The position numbers were made by a program, and so were the translations under genes. 28,567 bases of DNA from Coleofasciculus chthonoplastes F2-STO-03. GTDB lineage: Bacteria; Cyanobacteriota; Cyanobacteriia; Cyanobacteriales; Coleofasciculaceae. A model generated the notes under the pieces. It did not search any database. It was not told the origin of the DNA and was given only the letters and a program-made list of their open reading frames with translations. Below are positions 28,437-28,567 of this stretch, one piece after another (the first letter of the stretch is position 1; the number at the start of each line of letters is the position of its first letter). The DNA lies in assembly GCA_040222015.1 (NCBI GenBank), contig JAVJWO010000207.1, forward strand, positions 1 through 28,567, read 5' to 3'.

Positions 28437-28567
28437 TCATTTGTCATTTGTCATTTGTCATTGGTCATTGGTCATTGGTCATTGGTCATTGGTCATTTGT
28501 CATTGGTCATTGGTCATTGGTCATTGGTCATTGGTCATTTGTCATTGGTCATTTGTCATTGGTCATT
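28436..28567. repeat. STRR2-type heptamer tandem repeat GTCATT(T/G), at least 18 units, running off the right edge
   Basis: Read directly; matches the TT(G/T)GTCA short tandem repeat class of filamentous cyanobacteria. Confidence 0.95.

Overview
Cyanobacterial chromosomal window. About 20 GCGATCGC (HIP1) octamers, STRR2-type heptamer repeats and the gene content suggest a filamentous cyanobacterium (inference). From left to right: (1) a minus-strand NB-ARC/STAND NTPase-TPR gene that runs off the left edge and is missing from the ORF track; (2) a REP-associated tyrosine transposase (RAYT) flanked on both sides by 47-bp tandem REP arrays; (3) metH; (4) a REP-rich intergenic zone holding toxin-antitoxin-like gene fragments; (5) a conserved hypothetical gene and an EI24/CysZ-like gene whose 3' end is duplicated from a HIP1 site, with one TA module after each copy; (6) a sulfotransferase and an aldo/keto reductase; (7) egtD, an AT-rich methyltransferase-like gene and a short OvoA-type sulfoxide synthase (ergothioneine-type cluster); (8) a desaturase remnant, ureF and a nested palindromic repeat; (9) a small RHH-like gene with a possible -1 frameshift extension; (10) a phototaxis-type Che operon with two PatA-like regulators, CheY, CheW and a 7-GAF cyanobacteriochrome MCP. 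The best leads are repeat- or HIP1-bounded cassettes of TA genes and gene fragments near a RAYT, the atypical methyltransferase inside the ergothioneine cluster, the candidate frameshift gene, and tandem DPYL-type GAF domains. All family calls come from motif recognition by eye; no database search was run.
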